A DNA stretch of 63,751 bases, counting the filler, from Lama guanicoe (Eukaryota), in assembly GCA_013239625.1 (NCBI GenBank). It is 146 parts of 146 records of this genome, joined end to end, with 100 filler letters (N's around TTAATTAATTAA, not from the genome) between each part and the next. Parts side by side here need not be neighbours in the genome. Positions count along the whole stretch, not along the records: positions 62,535 to 62,873 come from PNXV01056973.1; positions 62,974 to 63,312 come from PNXV01056974.1; positions 63,413 to 63,751 come from PNXV01056975.1; 143 more parts are not named here. The stretch is one strand, 5' to 3'. A program made the position numbers and the translations under genes. Each line of letters starts with the position of its first letter. Position 1 is the first letter of the stretch. The notes beneath the pieces were generated by a model. That model did not search any database. It saw only the letters and a program-made list of their open reading frames with translations, and had not been told where the DNA came from. Shown piece by piece: positions 62,787-63,751 of this stretch.

Positions 62787-63751
62787 GTTATACGGGCTCT
62801 TTACCTGTTCGGGACACTAGGCCTTTATCAGATGCATGATTCACAAATAACTTTTGTAATAGAGAAAAGCAGANNNNNNNNNNNNNNNNNNNNNNNNNNN
62901 NNNNNNNNNNNNNNNNNTTAATTAATTAANNNNNNNNNNNNNNNNNNNNNNNNNNNNNNNNNNNNNNNNNNNNGGTTCATGGGCATTAAACTGACCACTG
63001 GACCTGGGATATTTGGTTGGCATACCAAGAACATGTGACTATAGACAAAATATCTCCTTATTCCCCTCTGAGTTCTTTACAATCCAAAGTTTATTGGAAC
63101 TGTAATTTCTTTTAAATCATTTTAGTTCAAATTATAACATTATTTTTTAATAATAAGAAAAAGTCATTTCCCTGACCTGGGAAAGGGCAGAGCTATCAAT
63201 GGCTATATTCTAACCTCAGAGTCCCTGAGACAGACATAGATCCATGCTTCTGGGAAAAAATTTACTTGCATAATCAAGTATGAATGTTCTTATTTGTCCT
63301 TAAGAAAAAAAANNNNNNNNNNNNNNNNNNNNNNNNNNNNNNNNNNNNNNNNNNNNTTAATTAATTAANNNNNNNNNNNNNNNNNNNNNNNNNNNNNNNN
63401 NNNNNNNNNNNNGGCTCTTGGTAATAAAGAGGTGGGAAAATTATTCAGTAGCATCAAGGGAACCTCTTGTAGCTCCAGAGGTTTGTGTATTTTCCCAATT
63501 TCATTGTATCATGGGACTTTTGGCTTTAAGGTTTACTGATGCTTGAGGCCTCCCTTTACTGACTGAGGAAATCCCAACACATTTTCATCATCAGTTGAAG
63601 TCTTCTCTATAGAAAGTTTAGTTTTGTGGTTAAAAGAAGCATAGACTAGCTAACAATGAACTTGCAAAGAATGCATGAAAATTTGAGGATGTAGGTTTTT
63701 TAATCTGAGTCTAAGAACTATCCACAGTTAGTGATATCTTCTGAGAATATA

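Larger units (their letters stand above)
337..63412. other. Artificial contig spacers (N44-TTAATTAATTAA-N44, 100 bp), about 145 copies every ~436-439 bp
   Basis: Invariant palindromic 12-mer with TAA in all six frames, flanked by exactly 44 N each side (e.g. 337-436, 773-872); the segments between are unrelated and lengthen from 336 to 338-339 bp. Confidence 0.99.

Noticed and set aside
381..63368. CRISPR-like or regularly interspaced array of TTAATTAATTAA
   Set aside because: The repeat sits in fixed N padding, inserts are ~337-bp mammalian fragments, and there are no cas genes; it is a synthetic linker

Overview
This window is not a contiguous locus. It is about 146 unrelated short mammalian contigs, mostly 336-339 bp and roughly sorted by increasing length, joined by an artificial 100-bp spacer (44 N + TTAATTAATTAA + 44 N) that puts stop codons in all six frames. 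It looks like an unplaced-contig pseudo-scaffold. A tRNA-Ala-derived, Vic-1-like SINE head suggests a camelid (inference). Most contigs are intronic or intergenic DNA with L1, L2, MIR, LTR/ERV and DNA-transposon relics. Recognisable coding pieces are exons of MUC5AC, NEB (two exons and an intron), CASS4, PDLIM3, a CD46-like CCP exon and the C11orf71 C-terminus. Disabled copies are a processed PLCB3 pseudogene, an OR6C-like pseudogene, a frameshifted LRRC37 exon, and ERV RT, RNase H and env fragments. Tandem repeats include a 248-bp satellite (two contigs, opposite strands) and ~137-bp, 16-bp and 7-bp arrays. Adjacency across spacers is artificial, so no multi-gene or array-type novel system can be supported. 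The best unexplained leads are a 33-aa single-TM micro-ORF, the divergent CD46-like exon and the satellites. Gene and repeat-family names come from recalled sequences, not database searches.
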